Shown in pieces: positions 10,463-23,444 of a DNA stretch of 64,000 nt (position 1 is its first letter; every line of letters starts with the position of its first letter). The stretch comes from Sporopachydermia quercuum (lineage: Eukaryota). Made by a program: the position numbers and the translations under genes. The notes beneath the pieces were generated by a model, which worked only from the letters and a program-made list of their open reading frames with translations, was not told the origin of the DNA and searched no databases. The stretch lies in assembly GCA_001599295.1 (NCBI GenBank), contig BCGN01000001.1, positions 372,001 to 436,000 on the forward strand. The letters are read 5' to 3'.

Positions 10463-12727
10463 ATGCCTGTCAAAAAGAAGTCAAAGCATTCCACATCAAT
10501 TTCTTCAGAAGTTGACGTGAGGAATGAACCATCAGAGTTGGGAGTAGAATGGATTAAAGTATTTCAATCAAACGGTGACTTTGATGCTTGCAATTTTGAA
10601 AAAGCGATGTTGAATGTCATTCATGAGCCTAATATCAACTCAACGATTATTTTAAGAGCTGATATATTATTGCATTATGTTTATCGACAGCAAGAGGATG
10701 ATAAGGATCACAATAATGACGGTACGGCATCAATAATAAGAGAAGAAGTAGTCAATAGTGTTAATGATTCGTCTAGACTGATCGACAGTATAAAGGAGAA
10801 AGAGGACAGTGACAGGAAGATAAAGCCTGATGATAGGGGCAGTTACACAGTGGATGACTATACGCACAGTAATGATGGCTCTGCTAATGCTCCTATTGCA
10901 AACGGTGAAAAATCTTCCAACACTAGCAATAATAGTGGTAAATCAGATAGAAAATCGACCCCTCGATTGATTTATCATTGTCTTGATGATATATCAATTA
11001 AACAAATTCCTATCAATGGTACCATCCACTTACAACCATATCATGAATTTGTTAGAAGAATCATTCCTAGGAATCCTTATAAAGACCCAATAGTCAACCA
11101 ATCATGCTTAGTATTTTCATCAAGTTTAGACAATAATGATCCAAATAGATCAATTGCTGTTATTTATGTTCCTCATATTGAATCTGCCGACCAATGCCCT
11201 TACTATTTACCTCCAGTGCATGCTGTGGCCATCTATTTCTCAAAAGGTGTACTATCAACACATTACCTACCTTTCAAATCAACAGCCGATATAAGATCTT
11301 TAGATTCAAGTAATAGAGTCATCAGAATTGCACTTAGATTACTTCAAACTGCCAAGAAACATTCTACTGGAATGAGAAACGGTTATATCAAGCGAGTGAA
11401 CCATGACCAAGTGCTTTCAAGGATTAATTTCCAAGATAGATACGTTGAGTTGAAACAAAAATATGGTAAATACTTAGTTGACAATTGGGTAGAGAGCACT
11501 GATGCTAGAAAACATGTTTTTGAAGATATAGGTATAGCTGCGTTTCTTATTGAGTTATGGAACTCAATAAGAATGAATCCCAGTGAATTTGAATTTAGAG
11601 ATCTAGGCTGTGGCAATGGTTTGCTGGTTTATTTGTTAATCATGGAAGGCTATAAAGGCAAAGGAATTGATGCAAGAGCAAGAAAAAGCTGGAAAATTTA
11701 CCCACAAGAAGTCCAAAGCTGTTTGAAGGAACAAATAGTTATTCCAAAGGTTTTACTGAGAGATGGAGGAAAATTCTTTAGAGTTAGCGAATCAAATTCA
11801 GGAAATGAATTGGATATTTTTGGGGGTGGCATTAAAAGTGGAAAGGAAAATGTGAAAGATGTTTCTAGCCTTGGCGACAATATTACAAATATCAATGATG
11901 AAACAATAATTGACAGAACGAATGATGGCGTTTGCGGAGATACGGAGAGTATTGCTATTGGTTCTGGTATCAGTGCTAATAATCATGATGAGACGTTAAA
12001 TAATGTTTATAGTAACAATATCGGTGTTAATGGTTCTACTAGGACGGATACTAATTGTTTGAATAATAGCAATGACAAACATACTGGTAACAGTATTAGT
12101 AAACTATCCGAGTCTGCCACCACGATAGCTTATGCCTCTACCGCTGTGAACTCTTCTTCTTCTTCTAACACCAAATATAAATATGTTGGCGCATGGAGTT
12201 TATTGAATAATCCAAGAGTCAATACGGCTGATTTTCCATCAAATACTTTCGTTATTGGAAACCATTCAGATGAATTAACCCTATGGATACCTTTATTGAA
12301 TTATCCTTTTGTTATTATCCCGTGTTGCAGTTATAATTTGTCTGGTAATAAAACTAGATTCTCTACCCAGAATTACTCTAAAGGGCGTTATGGTAACAAC
12401 GGCAATACTCCTACAACCAGTACCAGCAAGGCATCATCCACATCTGTAAATGGCAATAGCATTTCTCCTGAAAATAAACAGAAATCCATGTATGGATCAT
12501 TAATTGAGCATGTTAGTGATATAGCAAAAGCCGTTGGATGGCAAGTTCAAGAAGAAATGTTGAGAATTCCTAGTACTAGAAATGCAGCCATACTAGGTCT
12601 GAGGAAAGCAGATGTTTTATACAAGCCTGCAATGACTGTTAATCAAGTGATTAGTGCTGAAGGAGGCGCTAATGGCTTTGTTGAAGCAGGTTTACAACTA
12701 ATGAAGAATACACCAAGAGGTCATTAA
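10463..12727 (+). CDS. TRM44: tRNA(Ser) Um44 2'-O-methyltransferase, with N/S-rich insertions
   Basis: IHEPNINSTIILRADIL, KRVNHD, KHVFEDIGIAAFLIELW, DLGCGNGLLV, GIDARARKSW, IGNHSDELT, EMLRIPSTRN. Confidence 0.9.
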   Translation: MPVKKKSKHSTSISSEVDVRNEPSELGVEWIKVFQSNGDFDACNFEKAMLNVIHEPNINSTIILRADILLHYVYRQQEDDKDHNNDGTASIIREEVVNSVNDSSRLIDSIKEKEDSDRKIKPDDRGSYTVDDYTHSNDGSANAPIANGEKSSNTSNNSGKSDRKSTPRLIYHCLDDISIKQIPINGTIHLQPYHEFVRRIIPRNPYKDPIVNQSCLVFSSSLDNNDPNRSIAVIYVPHIESADQCPYYLPPVHAVAIYFSKGVLSTHYLPFKSTADIRSLDSSNRVIRIALRLLQTAKKHSTGMRNGYIKRVNHDQVLSRINFQDRYVELKQKYGKYLVDNWVESTDARKHVFEDIGIAAFLIELWNSIRMNPSEFEFRDLGCGNGLLVYLLIMEGYKGKGIDARARKSWKIYPQEVQSCLKEQIVIPKVLLRDGGKFFRVSESNSGNELDIFGGGIKSGKENVKDVSSLGDNITNINDETIIDRTNDGVCGDTESIAIGSGISANNHDETLNNVYSNNIGVNGSTRTDTNCLNNSNDKHTGNSISKLSESATTIAYASTAVNSSSSSNTKYKYVGAWSLLNNPRVNTADFPSNTFVIGNHSDELTLWIPLLNYPFVIIPCCSYNLSGNKTRFSTQNYSKGRYGNNGNTPTTSTSKASSTSVNGNSISPENKQKSMYGSLIEHVSDIAKAVGWQVQEEMLRIPSTRNAAILGLRKADVLYKPAMTVNQVISAEGGANGFVEAGLQLMKNTPRGH

Positions 12728-13457
12728 NATTTGAAAGAATCGAGGTAAGCAGAATGCATATCTAATGTATTATGAGTTGTAACAATTTGAAATAGTCGAA
12801 TTTGTCAAGCAAAGTTGTAAATAGGTAAGTGAATATGAATGTGAATAGGAATGATTTTGGATAGAANGAATGTTTAAGCAACTTGTAGATGATCGCAAAA
12901 CTGTTTGCCAAGTGCAGTCTTGATCACAAATATACTGTGGGAATAAAATGTTGTGCAAGATTCATTTTACGACCGGAAGCCTCAAGTTGCAAAGGGCATG
13001 ACACTTAAATCTTCTTCTATTAAATTGTATGATCGAGTACAGAGAATGGTATTATTTCTTAGTTCTACCTACCCCTTGTACCTTATCTCTTTTCAACTTG
13101 ATATTCATATACTCATTTTCTACATGCATTTTACAATTGATCATAATCTAGTACTTTATTCATTAAATAGATTGGAAACGTTTGTTCTGTTTCAACCAGG
13201 AAGCTTGACATAATAACGATCAGCAGTCGACAATTTAACACATAAAGTGCGTTGTGATACAAGTAAGATTGTTGATAACGTAGCTGGTATGAATGAACAG
13301 TAGCACCGAATTTCTTATCTAATTGGTACGATATAATTGGATCGGATTCCATCAAATTACGTGGTCAATTTGAATAGTAATTTAGATCTACAAATTATTT
13401 ATGAAAACCTACAAAGATGTCATAGAAGAATGAATATCAACGATACATTTGTATTTT

Positions 13458-15650
13458 CTATTTTCTTCCCTTTGATTTTCTCTTTCTCTTCATGCCGATA
13501 ATTTTCTTCACATCGTCTGACAAGCCGGATTTGTTCTTTTCTTGCAGTTTTTCCTTCTCTATTTCCTTTTCTTTTTCCAGCTCCTTTTCTTTCTCTTCTC
13601 CCTTTTGTTTTATCAATTTATCTCTTTTATTAATGGCTGCCATTTTCTCCCTTCTTCTCTTGAGAACGTTAGCATGCTCAATAGCAAACTCGACAATTAG
13701 TCTTCTCTTCTTGAANTTATCAAAATAACCATCAGGAGCATTAGCAAGCTCTTCCTCGGAGAAGCCAGCTTTAATTTCGTCAATCGTTACTTCATGACAA
13801 TTCAAAGATCTGAGACACATTAGTGCAGTTTTATGGTCTCTTAATTCAAGGAAACCGTAACCTTTGCTACGAACACTTGAACCAGTGGCTCCTTTGACTT
13901 CTAATTCAATTTTAGCTTGCTTCACTATTCCAACATTCTTCTTCTTTGTAGAGATATTTCCTTCCGTATTCTTGGTGGGATTCTGCTCTTCATTTGAGAA
14001 TATACCTAGTAAAAAATTCTTATGTCTCACAGATCTTGTTTGTTCTTCCTTACTTAAAGGCTGTCTCTTTTTCTGTCTTACTTCTGTAGCAAACTCAACA
14101 ACAGCTTTCCTTGCTAGAGCTTTCAAGGCTTTCGCATTCATTGACCTTGGAATATTCCTAATAGCTAATCGTGTTAACGATAAATGTAGACTTGGGTTTT
14201 TATTTAGTTGTTCCGTTCTTAGTTTATAGCTCTGTTGACGGATTTCCAAATCAGCGGGAGGCAGTATAGATGCTATTTTACTATTAGCAGTTATTCTACC
14301 TTCATTCAACAAGAACAAATTTCTCCTGTCTTTACCACCATCAGATTTACCTAGTGATTCTTTTCTTTTCTCTGCAGATTTCTCAGAAAGATATTCAGCA
14401 CGGTTTCTATCGACAACAGAAGTGATGCTTAATATTCTGCCTTCAAAGACGTATTCTGATGAAACATCATCAGAGATCAATAACGATGTTGAGCCTGTGG
14501 TGGGAGCATTCTCAAGGCAATTCTGTTGATCTGACTCTTTAACAAAGCAAACAAAAGCTGTACCTTTGGCTAGGCCTGTTGATTTGTCGATCACAGGTAA
14601 AGCATATTTCACTGGTCCAAAATGATCAGAGAAGTGTTCTTTTAATTGCTCAGCAGTAGAGTCATATGGAATATTTCTGATGAATACTGAAAATCCTGGG
14701 TTTGACTGTCTTTTGAGTGCCTGTGACTTGGTATTAGAAGAACCAGTAGTTTCGGCTTCTTCTTCTTCTTCTTCTTCTTCTTCTTCATCTTCATCTTCAT
14801 CATCTTCTTCCTCATCTTCTTCATCCTTATTTTCGTCGTCGTCTTCTTCTTCAATGTCGTTATCATCATCTTTTCCTTCTGCATCGCTGTCATCTTCATC
14901 CTCTATCTTAACGTCTACATCAACTTCATCTTTTACCTCTTTTTCACTATCTTCATTTCCTTTACTCTCTTGCTTGATCTCATTCAGCTTAACCCATTTC
15001 GACTTCTCAATGGCAAAATCAACAGCTACTTCTCTNCCGTTAATCTTCAAACCAATACTTTCTTCAATGGCTTTTAGTGCTTGATCTTGTCTTCTCATTG
15101 TAACAAATGCAAACCCCTTCATTCTACCGCCAGGTCCTCTTGGTATAACTACATCAACTACATTCCCATACTTATTAAAGACCTTCTTCAATTCCTCGGG
15201 ACTTCTAACTGACCATGGTAGATTTCTTATGATCAGTCTTGGTCTTCTTTTCTCAACTTCTTCAACAGTTATTTTACCACTTTCTACCTTAACTCCTTCA
15301 GAGACCTCATTTTTTCGTTCTCTTTCTCTTCTTTTAGCATACTCAACTCGTAAAAATCTTCCTTTAAACTTGGCCCTTTGACATTCTTCTAAAGCTTTAC
15401 CTGCATCTTCTGGTAGTGGGAAACTAGCAAACCCGAACCCTTTAGAGTTACCTTCGGCATCATTAACAATTACAGCATGCTTCAAAGGTGCAAATTGAGA
15501 CAAGAAATCAGATAGCTCTTCATTCGTTGCATCAAATGGGATTGATCTTATAAACAAGCTATGCTTTTCCAAATCATTGTTGTTGTTGGAGTGCTTCTCT
15601 TTCTTTAGTACCAATGTTGGTTCATTCTCTTCTTTTATTAGTTCTGACAT
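13458..15650 (-). CDS. NOP4: Nucleolar multi-RRM 60S biogenesis protein
   Basis: Four RRMs (LFIRSIP/KGFGF, LIIRNLP/KGFAFV, VFIRNIP/KGTAFV, LAIRNIP/KGYGF), a central acidic tract, [11 protein letters not shown] and LIVEFAIE. Confidence 0.92.
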   Translation of the reverse strand: MSELIKEENEPTLVLKKEKHSNNNNDLEKHSLFIRSIPFDATNEELSDFLSQFAPLKHAVIVNDAEGNSKGFGFASFPLPEDAGKALEECQRAKFKGRFLRVEYAKRRERERKNEVSEGVKVESGKITVEEVEKRRPRLIIRNLPWSVRSPEELKKVFNKYGNVVDVVIPRGPGGRMKGFAFVTMRRQDQALKAIEESIGLKINXREVAVDFAIEKSKWVKLNEIKQESKGNEDSEKEVKDEVDVDVKIEDEDDSDAEGKDDDNDIEEEDDDENKDEEDEEEDDEDEDEEEEEEEEEEAETTGSSNTKSQALKRQSNPGFSVFIRNIPYDSTAEQLKEHFSDHFGPVKYALPVIDKSTGLAKGTAFVCFVKESDQQNCLENAPTTGSTSLLISDDVSSEYVFEGRILSITSVVDRNRAEYLSEKSAEKRKESLGKSDGGKDRRNLFLLNEGRITANSKIASILPPADLEIRQQSYKLRTEQLNKNPSLHLSLTRLAIRNIPRSMNAKALKALARKAVVEFATEVRQKKRQPLSKEEQTRSVRHKNFLLGIFSNEEQNPTKNTEGNISTKKKNVGIVKQAKIELEVKGATGSSVRSKGYGFLELRDHKTALMCLRSLNCHEVTIDEIKAGFSEEELANAPDGYFDXFKKRRLIVEFAIEHANVLKRRREKMAAINKRDKLIKQKGEEKEKELEKEKEIEKEKLQEKNKSGLSDDVKKIIGMKRKRKSKGRK
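14757..14850. repeat. (TTC/TCA) trinucleotide low-complexity tract encoding poly-Glu/Asp in NOP4
   Basis: A run of ttc repeats is followed by tcatct-type variants. Confidence 0.8.
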
Positions 15651-16955
15651 GGTTAACTGCGTGTGAATTATGATCTCTATATATTATCCTTGTGCATAAT
15701 ATCATNTAGAGTCAGTTATATAATATACTTGAATGATTTTGACTAAGAATTGTTAACTTTGTTGCTATTGCCATATAAATGTTTCGGCAATCAATATAGA
15801 AAAGAAACATGAGAATGTATAAAAGGTTTTTCAATTAATATAAGAAACTTTAATCCTCATAGTAAAAATATTTTTCTGATCTAACAAAAAGCTTATGTGA
15901 ACAGAAGGCTGTCCTAAAATAGGTAGATCATACACGCTGGAAATAAGCTCTCAAGAACTACCCTTGAAGGAATAAGACGTCGAGAGAAAAGAGGAAGAAT
16001 AATGGANAAAGAAAAATGCTCTGCGCTGAGAAGTTTTGAAGAAGTATTCGCTGAAAATAAGTTGCTTACAAACATAAATTTGCCAGAGAAGCTATATACC
16101 AATAATACTGGTCAGTAAAAGAGATCATTTTTTGAAGATGGTACTGAAATGAGTTGCGAATCATTAGGTTAAGGTTTAGCTTCTGCTGCATAATCATACA
16201 TATCTCCATTCTCGAGTAATTTGAAAGCTGTTGTTTATAGTAAAGTATTATGGGTAAAGAAATGGACATTGGGCTGATTGTTTTGCATGCGTTTGATGTT
16301 TGAGGCAGGAATGCAATATTCTCAAATATCAGAGGGTGAGGCTGGACAACCAATAGGATAATAATCTAGTGAATCAGAGCTAGAGTTATGAAATTAAGCT
16401 ACTTCCTGACCTTTAATCGGACATAATTGATATATCTTTCCTAATTAGATATAGTACGAGATAAACTCGAAACCCAGCTAGTTCAACACTATCTATCCCA
16501 ATTCTCTCTATCTCTAACTCTTTTATTTTTTATAGCATTCAGGCCCCTTAATACTTAAACTTTTTATTCAAAGGTAATCAACTATCAGAAAAATCTCTAC
16601 CAACTTCTTACTTACTACCTGTTTATATGTCCTGCCACAAATAAAGTTATGGTTTCTCATAGTAATCCTCAAACCTAAACTCAATCATAATCAAAACAAT
16701 ATACCGTTCCTTACTTCTTTCCTCTCCTCAAATCCCAGCAATTTCTTCAACCATTTGTCTCTTAGAACACTCTTCTTGGTGCTAAACTAACATTTTGCCC
16801 GAAGGATTGATAAGACAGTTGAATAAACTAGTTCAACTCTTTAGAATCCAATTTTNGCTCGTCGTCCGTTAGGATCTAACACCCATGTTCTTTATCCTAA
16901 TCTCTGGTATTAAGCTGTCCTCTGATTCATTCGTTCTATCTTTTTTCACTGTACT

Positions 16956-18711
16956 ATGTCTAAAAATAAACTGAAGAACCAAGTATTAAATACTTACATA
17001 TCACCAGAATCTCACGACCAAGCCATTAAATCTTTATCAAAACTGTCAAAAGATTCGATCATAGGTCTAGTTCAATTATGGCTCAAGTTACCTCAAACAG
17101 CCCCCAGTAGCACTAGCTATGAGCAGGTCCAATTACTTTTAGAGAAAGTGCAAGAAATGAAAGCAAATACGGTCAAAGACTCGTCAAATGGATCAAATAA
17201 ATCGAAGAAAAGTATCAATCGTACCAACTACTCAAAACAAAGGATAATTGACATTTTGATCAATGAAGTATGGCGTGACGGGTTCAATTTACTACAATTA
17301 GCGCAAATTGATTGTCAATGTATGTATTGATCCTAACATGTGTTTTCCCAGATCCGGAATGAAAACAAAGGAGAAAGTGGATAGAACTGACCTGTTACTA
17401 ACCTGTTTAGCTCTCATTGATAAGCCATCAATGTCATCATGGAATTGGTCTACAGCTTATGATTTCAAAGGCAATGGTAAGTAATCGAATTTGCACTATA
17501 GGATATTATACTTTATGGCATACCATTGTTTCCTACAATTATACTATCAACTAGCAATTACTAACGAGTTAGAATATGTTATTGATGTTGATCCTCAAAA
17601 ATTTTTGAACGACATTCTTGCAAGCTTGAATTCCTTATATCGTTCTCATATATACATCTGTCGGCATCCACATTTGCAACTACTAATACTACGTATTCAA
17701 GCATTCGATATTGGCTTTGTTGACAATATTCCAACAACTTCTACATTTTCTTCTAGAACAAGTGGTAAATCAAAACAATCATTAGTACCTTCAAAGCCTT
17801 TCTTCTTGGTTATTCCACCATCAACACCTCATATCATACATACCCCTTTCTTACTAAAAAATCAGATATCATCCGCATCATTGGGCAAACACATCCTACA
17901 ATCAGCATCAAGATCAATATCAAAACCTAATAAAATAATCCAATTACAACCAAGTAATACTCGTCCTATGCGTGGATTAAATTCTATTGCTATTCTGAAA
18001 GGTGTTTCTAGGTTTTCTCAATCACTAGGCAGATGGCAAGTACTGGCTGCCGATGAATATGACATATCGCCATTGACAGTGNTAGATTCTTCAGCATTGG
18101 TGGATAGAAGTAACCGAAAGCAGTTGATAACTTGTGAGAAGAATAATGAGAATGATGGAGGAGGAAAAGAATCTGATGCTCAACTCGCAGCTTTAAAGTT
18201 CAACGGTAATAAAGATTTAGATAACAAGTCCTTTTTAAGAGGGAATCCACTAGAAGTTGAGTCAAGGAAAAGAGCACTTGATCGTATTGATAGATATACT
18301 ATCAGCAATGATTATGCTAATAGAAACAGCAACAATAATAAACATACATTAATCGAGGAAGATTATGAGCAAAGTATTGATAAATCAATAATCGATACTA
18401 ACAATAATATTGTCTCTACTACTACAAAATACTCGTCGCTAGTGCTTATCAATTATGTTGAGTTCACATTACGTACAAAAGCGTACAATCAGCATCATTC
18501 TTATGATAAAGGTTTTATTACTTATCAACCAAGTATGAAACTAAGATTAAATGGTGGAGATATTTATGGTGGGTTGCATGAGATTGTTGGTAATGGATAT
18601 GCAAATGTTAGGAAAGTACCTGATTGGTTGTGTGGTGAATGTGGCTGTAATGATGTGATAGTAAATGGCAATAAATATATTATAAAAGATGAATCAGAGG
18701 ATAGAATATGA
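16956..18711 (+). CDS. CHL4: Kinetochore protein Chl4/Mis15/CENP-N; exons 16956-17319, 17411-17476, 17573-18711 (522 aa)
   Basis: LSKLSKDSIIGLVQLW, WRDGFNLLQLAQIDCQ, PSMKLRLNGGDIYGGLHE, VPDWLCGE. GTATGT and GTAAGT donors with TACTAAC..TAG acceptors; 1569 nt in frame. Confidence 0.8.
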
Positions 18712-18993
18712 GAAGGAAACTGATTAAAAGATTTGTTGTATTTGTGAGACTCCTGATTGATTAATATTGTCCTTACTATTATCATGCACTAGAACAATGA
18801 ATGTTCTATGCAATATGTTATAATATGTGGTATGATTTCTATTAAGCTGTTTGTACATTACTCAGGAAAATGAAAATGACTATTTGAATTGAATCAATGA
18901 ACTTAATACGATCTTTCATGAATGTTCCTTTAGAAGCATTAAAGCCTAATAAGCTATATTTATGCACTCTATCATTAACCATTGATTTCTTTC

Positions 18994-21900
18994 TTACCTT
19001 GTTCTCTCTAACTGCTGAATATACCCTTTTATAATCTCACTATTCATTCCAACACATTTCCCTTCAATTTCCTTCAGTAATTGTAAATCCTTATTCTTAT
19101 ATGCTAATTCTATTGCTGGCTTTACCTCATCACAGGCCAGATACATCTCAACCAACTTCCCGTACTTCAAACTATTACTACATTTACTTATATACTTGCT
19201 AGCATTCCTTTTAGACCCATTGATCAAACACTCAGTATAAAAAGGCAAATAACCAATAGGTGATTTTTTTGTTGAAGCCCAGTTGAATAACTCATCGTAT
19301 TGGCCATTTTTAACTAACGCCCTAATTTTTAGGTAATAGTATCGTGAATCTGTTATTCTGAAATCGGTTTTCAGCTTTGATGCTTTGTTTTCCTGATTCA
19401 TTTCCAAAAGTGAAGAAATGGTATCATTGAGAGATAATCTATTGGTAAAAAAAGGTTGATGATATTCATTTTCCAGTTGGATTTGAACACTTGATAGTTT
19501 AATAGCTTCTTCTAGTAGTTTCGTATCGTAGTTGTATTCCTTAAACTCATTGTACGTTTTTATCACTGATTTCAAGGAGTTAATTATAGTACTTGGAGAA
19601 GTAATGTCAGTAATAGCATTATTAGTTCCCAGTGCTTCTCTTAAATCTAATCCCGCCAATTCGATCATTCTATCATCTTGGTAATAAAAATCTCTTAATA
19701 ATTTCATGCTATCACCGTTTCCTTCTACTATCAGCTCATTACAAATACTTTTGAAAATGCTTGCTGAAACTTGTTTGGTATTAAGTAGTTTGAAAAACTG
19801 ACCTAATTGTAGTTTCTTCCTTAATGTCAATAGAACATATATTATCAAATCAGAATCACCACTTTCTTCTGCTTTGATCATTGCTAAATCATCTTCCTCC
19901 ATTTCTAACAGTAAGGGAACTTGTCTATTAGGCCTGGGTTCGTGTTCTGTTAATAATGTAGCTAGTCTTGATCTACCTTCTTGATAAGCTACTTTAGCAA
20001 TAGGTTCATANCTAATTCCTCTTTTGCTTTTAAGCCTATTGACAATGATTTCGCATATGGATTCATCGTCAGTTGATAGTTTTTTCAGCTTCTCGCATGC
20101 CCAATGAATATAGATTGAATCATTAGGAATATGGATGAAGTCAGTTATTTTCAGAGCCAGGAAATGCATATTACGTTTCAGCAGTAAAAGAATCAATCCT
20201 TCGCCAGTGAGAGTTGTGTACTCTTTGAAAGTGAGGAAAATACCAACGTTTGATGTCCTTACAGCATTGAGAACTCGTAAAGCATTACAGGTAGCAACAA
20301 ATTCTTCTGAGTTGTATAAACGAACAGCAGATTTACCAAACGACGCAGCACGTAGTAGTTTCTTTTGTAAATAAACATCAAACTCTTCAGTAGAAACAGA
20401 AATGCATTCATCGATAGCTTCGGTTAGATTTTGCTCAATCAAGCGTAAGTTTTCATCAGCTTTTGGATTGTGACGATCAAGTTGTTCTATACAGTCAAGC
20501 AGAATGGCAGATGGAGACGTAGATCCTATTCTGAACGTCCTAACAGTATGTTTGCTGATTGTTGAGAGAAATTCGTGTGTTTTAGAGGAAATAATGCGAA
20601 CTCCATCTATTTCACTTGATATAACAACAGGATTATCATAATAAAACACAGCTGCATCTGGAAGCTTGACCTCCTGGAAAGATATATCGTTGGCTTGAAT
20701 AGTCACCGGTGGGACAACCAGTAGGTGCAATTCGTCCTGCCACGAAAGCACGACAGCCTCATTACCACACCAGAGAAGATTAGCAGCTACCTCTTTGGAA
20801 GAATTTAGGTTGTACTCAGTTACTTTCCTTTGGAAGTCTGATGTGATGATGTATAAGGTACCATTGTTGTTGCACATTGCAACTAGTTCACCGTTGGGTG
20901 AAATCGATACTAAGTTATAAGGACCAGAATCTATATATTGATTCTGAGCTGATGATGCATCAATTATAAACATTGCTTTACCGTACGAGGCNATAACTTC
21001 CACCCCGCGAGATAAACTAAATTCGGGGGGAATAATAGCCCAATCTGCAAAAAGCCAGTTGGATAACTGGCCACGGAGGCCACGATTAGAAGGATAAGTA
21101 GGTTGGGTATCATTACCATTAGCGGTCACATTGCCTNGCACAGGGTGTCCTCCACCATTAGACAGTCCTGTACCAGAAACTGATCCATGTCCTCTCCCGT
21201 TCCCTGTTAACCCTACATTGTCTCTATCGAATTGTTTNATAGCAGCAAGAGTTTTGGAATGAGGATCTTCTAAGTTCGAAACAGCTATGAAAACTCCATT
21301 GGACATCAATCCAACTAAACTAGAACCAGATATCCTATACTCTACTACCAAATGCACCTCAGAACCATGCCCTAAATGTATCTCTGTGAAGTTACCTTCA
21401 AAATCATTATACAATCTAACTGTCCCTGATTCCGTTGCTACAACTAAGTTTTCCTTATTTGCCCAGCCCAAGAAAATAATTCTACCATTGGTTTTTGTTT
21501 GCCAGGGTATAAATTGAATGTTTCTACCTGCACCAGAAAATATTTGAACACCACCAGGGATAAATCCTGAAGGACCATTTCCTTGGGGTCTTACTTCTCT
21601 GACTTTCAAATCACGTTTATATAAGGCAACCGCACTGCCATATGGNGCCACTGCAACTAAGTAAGTGCTCAAATCAACTTCAGGTACGTTTTCTTGTTTG
21701 CTGAATCGTGATGAGGATTTCTGTTTATTGTTGTTGGGATCATTATTCCATTCCAATGTGAAGCATTCTCTTATCCGATAATAATAATCGACCCTGTTTC
21801 GTTTATCTTTGATTCGCTCCCAACCTGTATAAAACGGTTAGTGAATAAAAATAGAAGGAAAAGAAGATAATCAAATAATGAAGATATTCTAATGTTGGTA

Positions 21901-22024
21901 TTCTAAGAGATAATCTAATGTTTGTATTCTAAAAGATAAGTAAACAATTGATAGTTCATATCTACTGTTGCTACTATAGAAGTGAAACTGACAGACACTC
22001 ACCTAAGGTTGGATTTAGAGCCAT
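18994..22024 (-). CDS. VPS16: HOPS/CORVET subunit Vps16; exons 22024-22003, 21824-18994 (950 aa)
   Basis: Starts MALNPTLG|WERI. Also AVxPYGSAVAL, FRIGSTSPSAILLD, LLRAASFGKS, QVPLLL, KKSPIGYLPF. GTGAGT donor and CACTAAC..CAG acceptor. Confidence 0.93.
21882..21939. repeat. 26-bp tandem duplication in the VPS16 intron
   Basis: agatattctaatgttggtattctaag / agataatctaatgtttgtattctaaa / agataa. Confidence 0.75.
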
Positions 22025-22613
22025 TGTTAAAAAATGTACACAGAAACGTATGTAATCCAAGAACCCACACTTTTAAGCTTTTCCCGTTCTTTGCTATTGA
22101 TTATATGGACTGATTAACACCCAAGCCAATAAATTCAATAGGAAGTTGATGCATTAACAGATAGTAAAATAAGTACAATTGAATTGCATGACTGAATCCC
22201 GATGGAGTTTGTTCCTTATCCAAAGGAAAATGACATTTATTTGGTACTTCTCATGAATAAATGGACTTCTGATGGGACGGTGCAGGTTCAAAAAAAACAT
22301 ATGATGACGTAATCCTAATTCCTTTGATACAAACGCGAAAGAACAAGATTGGTGAAATAATGAATGAATCATTGTAGTATGAAATGATTTACATAGATGG
22401 ATTGACTACCACGATAACAGTTGAGGTAGTTGATCGAACTACAGTGGTGAACAGGTAAAGGAGAAGAGGGATAAATATTCATACGTCACCGTTTGGTCGA
22501 TCGAGAAAACAGCACTTGATCTGTTCCTAATTCAGTGGTTAGTTACTATTGAAGTAGATTATTTTTCAATTTTTTGGTATACAGCCGATCAAAGACTCAG
22601 AAATAATTTTACC

Positions 22614-23026
22614 ATGCCACAAGAACCCGATGATACAAAGNAATCGAAGTACGTCACACTGGTGTCATCAGATAATCATGAGTTCNTTGTATCAAGAGAA
22701 GCAGCTATGACATCTGGAACTTTGAGAGGTATACTATCAGGACCAGCAGAGTTTCAAGAAAGCGTCCAAGGAAGAGTGGTGTTGAGAGAAATAGATTCAG
22801 CGTTACTGCAGAAGATTTGTGAATATTTTTACTACAATCTACGGTATAAGGATGAAGTTGATGTGCCAGAGTTCGATATTCAACCAGAAATGGCTCTGGA
22901 GCTACTGGTGGCGGCAGATTTCTTGGATGGTAAGTTCCTTATTATGAGTTTGATAATAGACCTTAGCGCACTGTTGACTGATGATCAACTTACCCAATGA
23001 CTAACGTGATAAATATTATAGCTTGA
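22614..23026 (+). CDS. ELC1: Elongin C; exons 22614-22929 and 23022-23026 (106 aa)
   Basis: YVTLVSSDNHEF, REAAMTSGTL, VPEFDIQPEMALELLVAADFLD. The intron GTAAGT..GACTAAC..TAG gives the ending FLDA-stop. Confidence 0.9.
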
Positions 23027-23444
23027 TGGTTAATTTATAAATCAAGTGGAATAAATGAAATGGATGTTTTCTTACTGTATTTGTTTACGGTTGGTTAGGT
23101 ATTCTATAATCTCAATACAGCATCTAGCAGCCCTCAGCTATAAAACCAAGTTCATGTTTCATTCAGCAAATAAAGCGATTCAAACAGTATGATATAAAAT
23201 AAAATCCCAAAACAAAGCCTACAGCCTTTTTCCTTTTTCCCATACTAAAATAAGCAAAATGAATGGAATAAAATAATTGCAACACAAAATGAAGAAAATC
23301 AAAGATCGAAATAAAAATCCTATATCAAAAGGAAACATATCCTAAGCCAATTCAAAGCAATTTTGACTCATTAAGTGCAGTATATCTTCCGGCTGACATC
23401 ATCTTTTACCAACAAAATGGATAAATTCATTAAGATTATGTCAA

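Noticed and set aside
14680..15084. Ser-rich and other short antisense or alternate-frame ORFs in the track
   Set aside because: They are shadows of real genes, here the NOP4 acidic tract. The same applies to the ORFs overlapping FZO1, UTP10, VPS16, HEL1, DHR2 and others.
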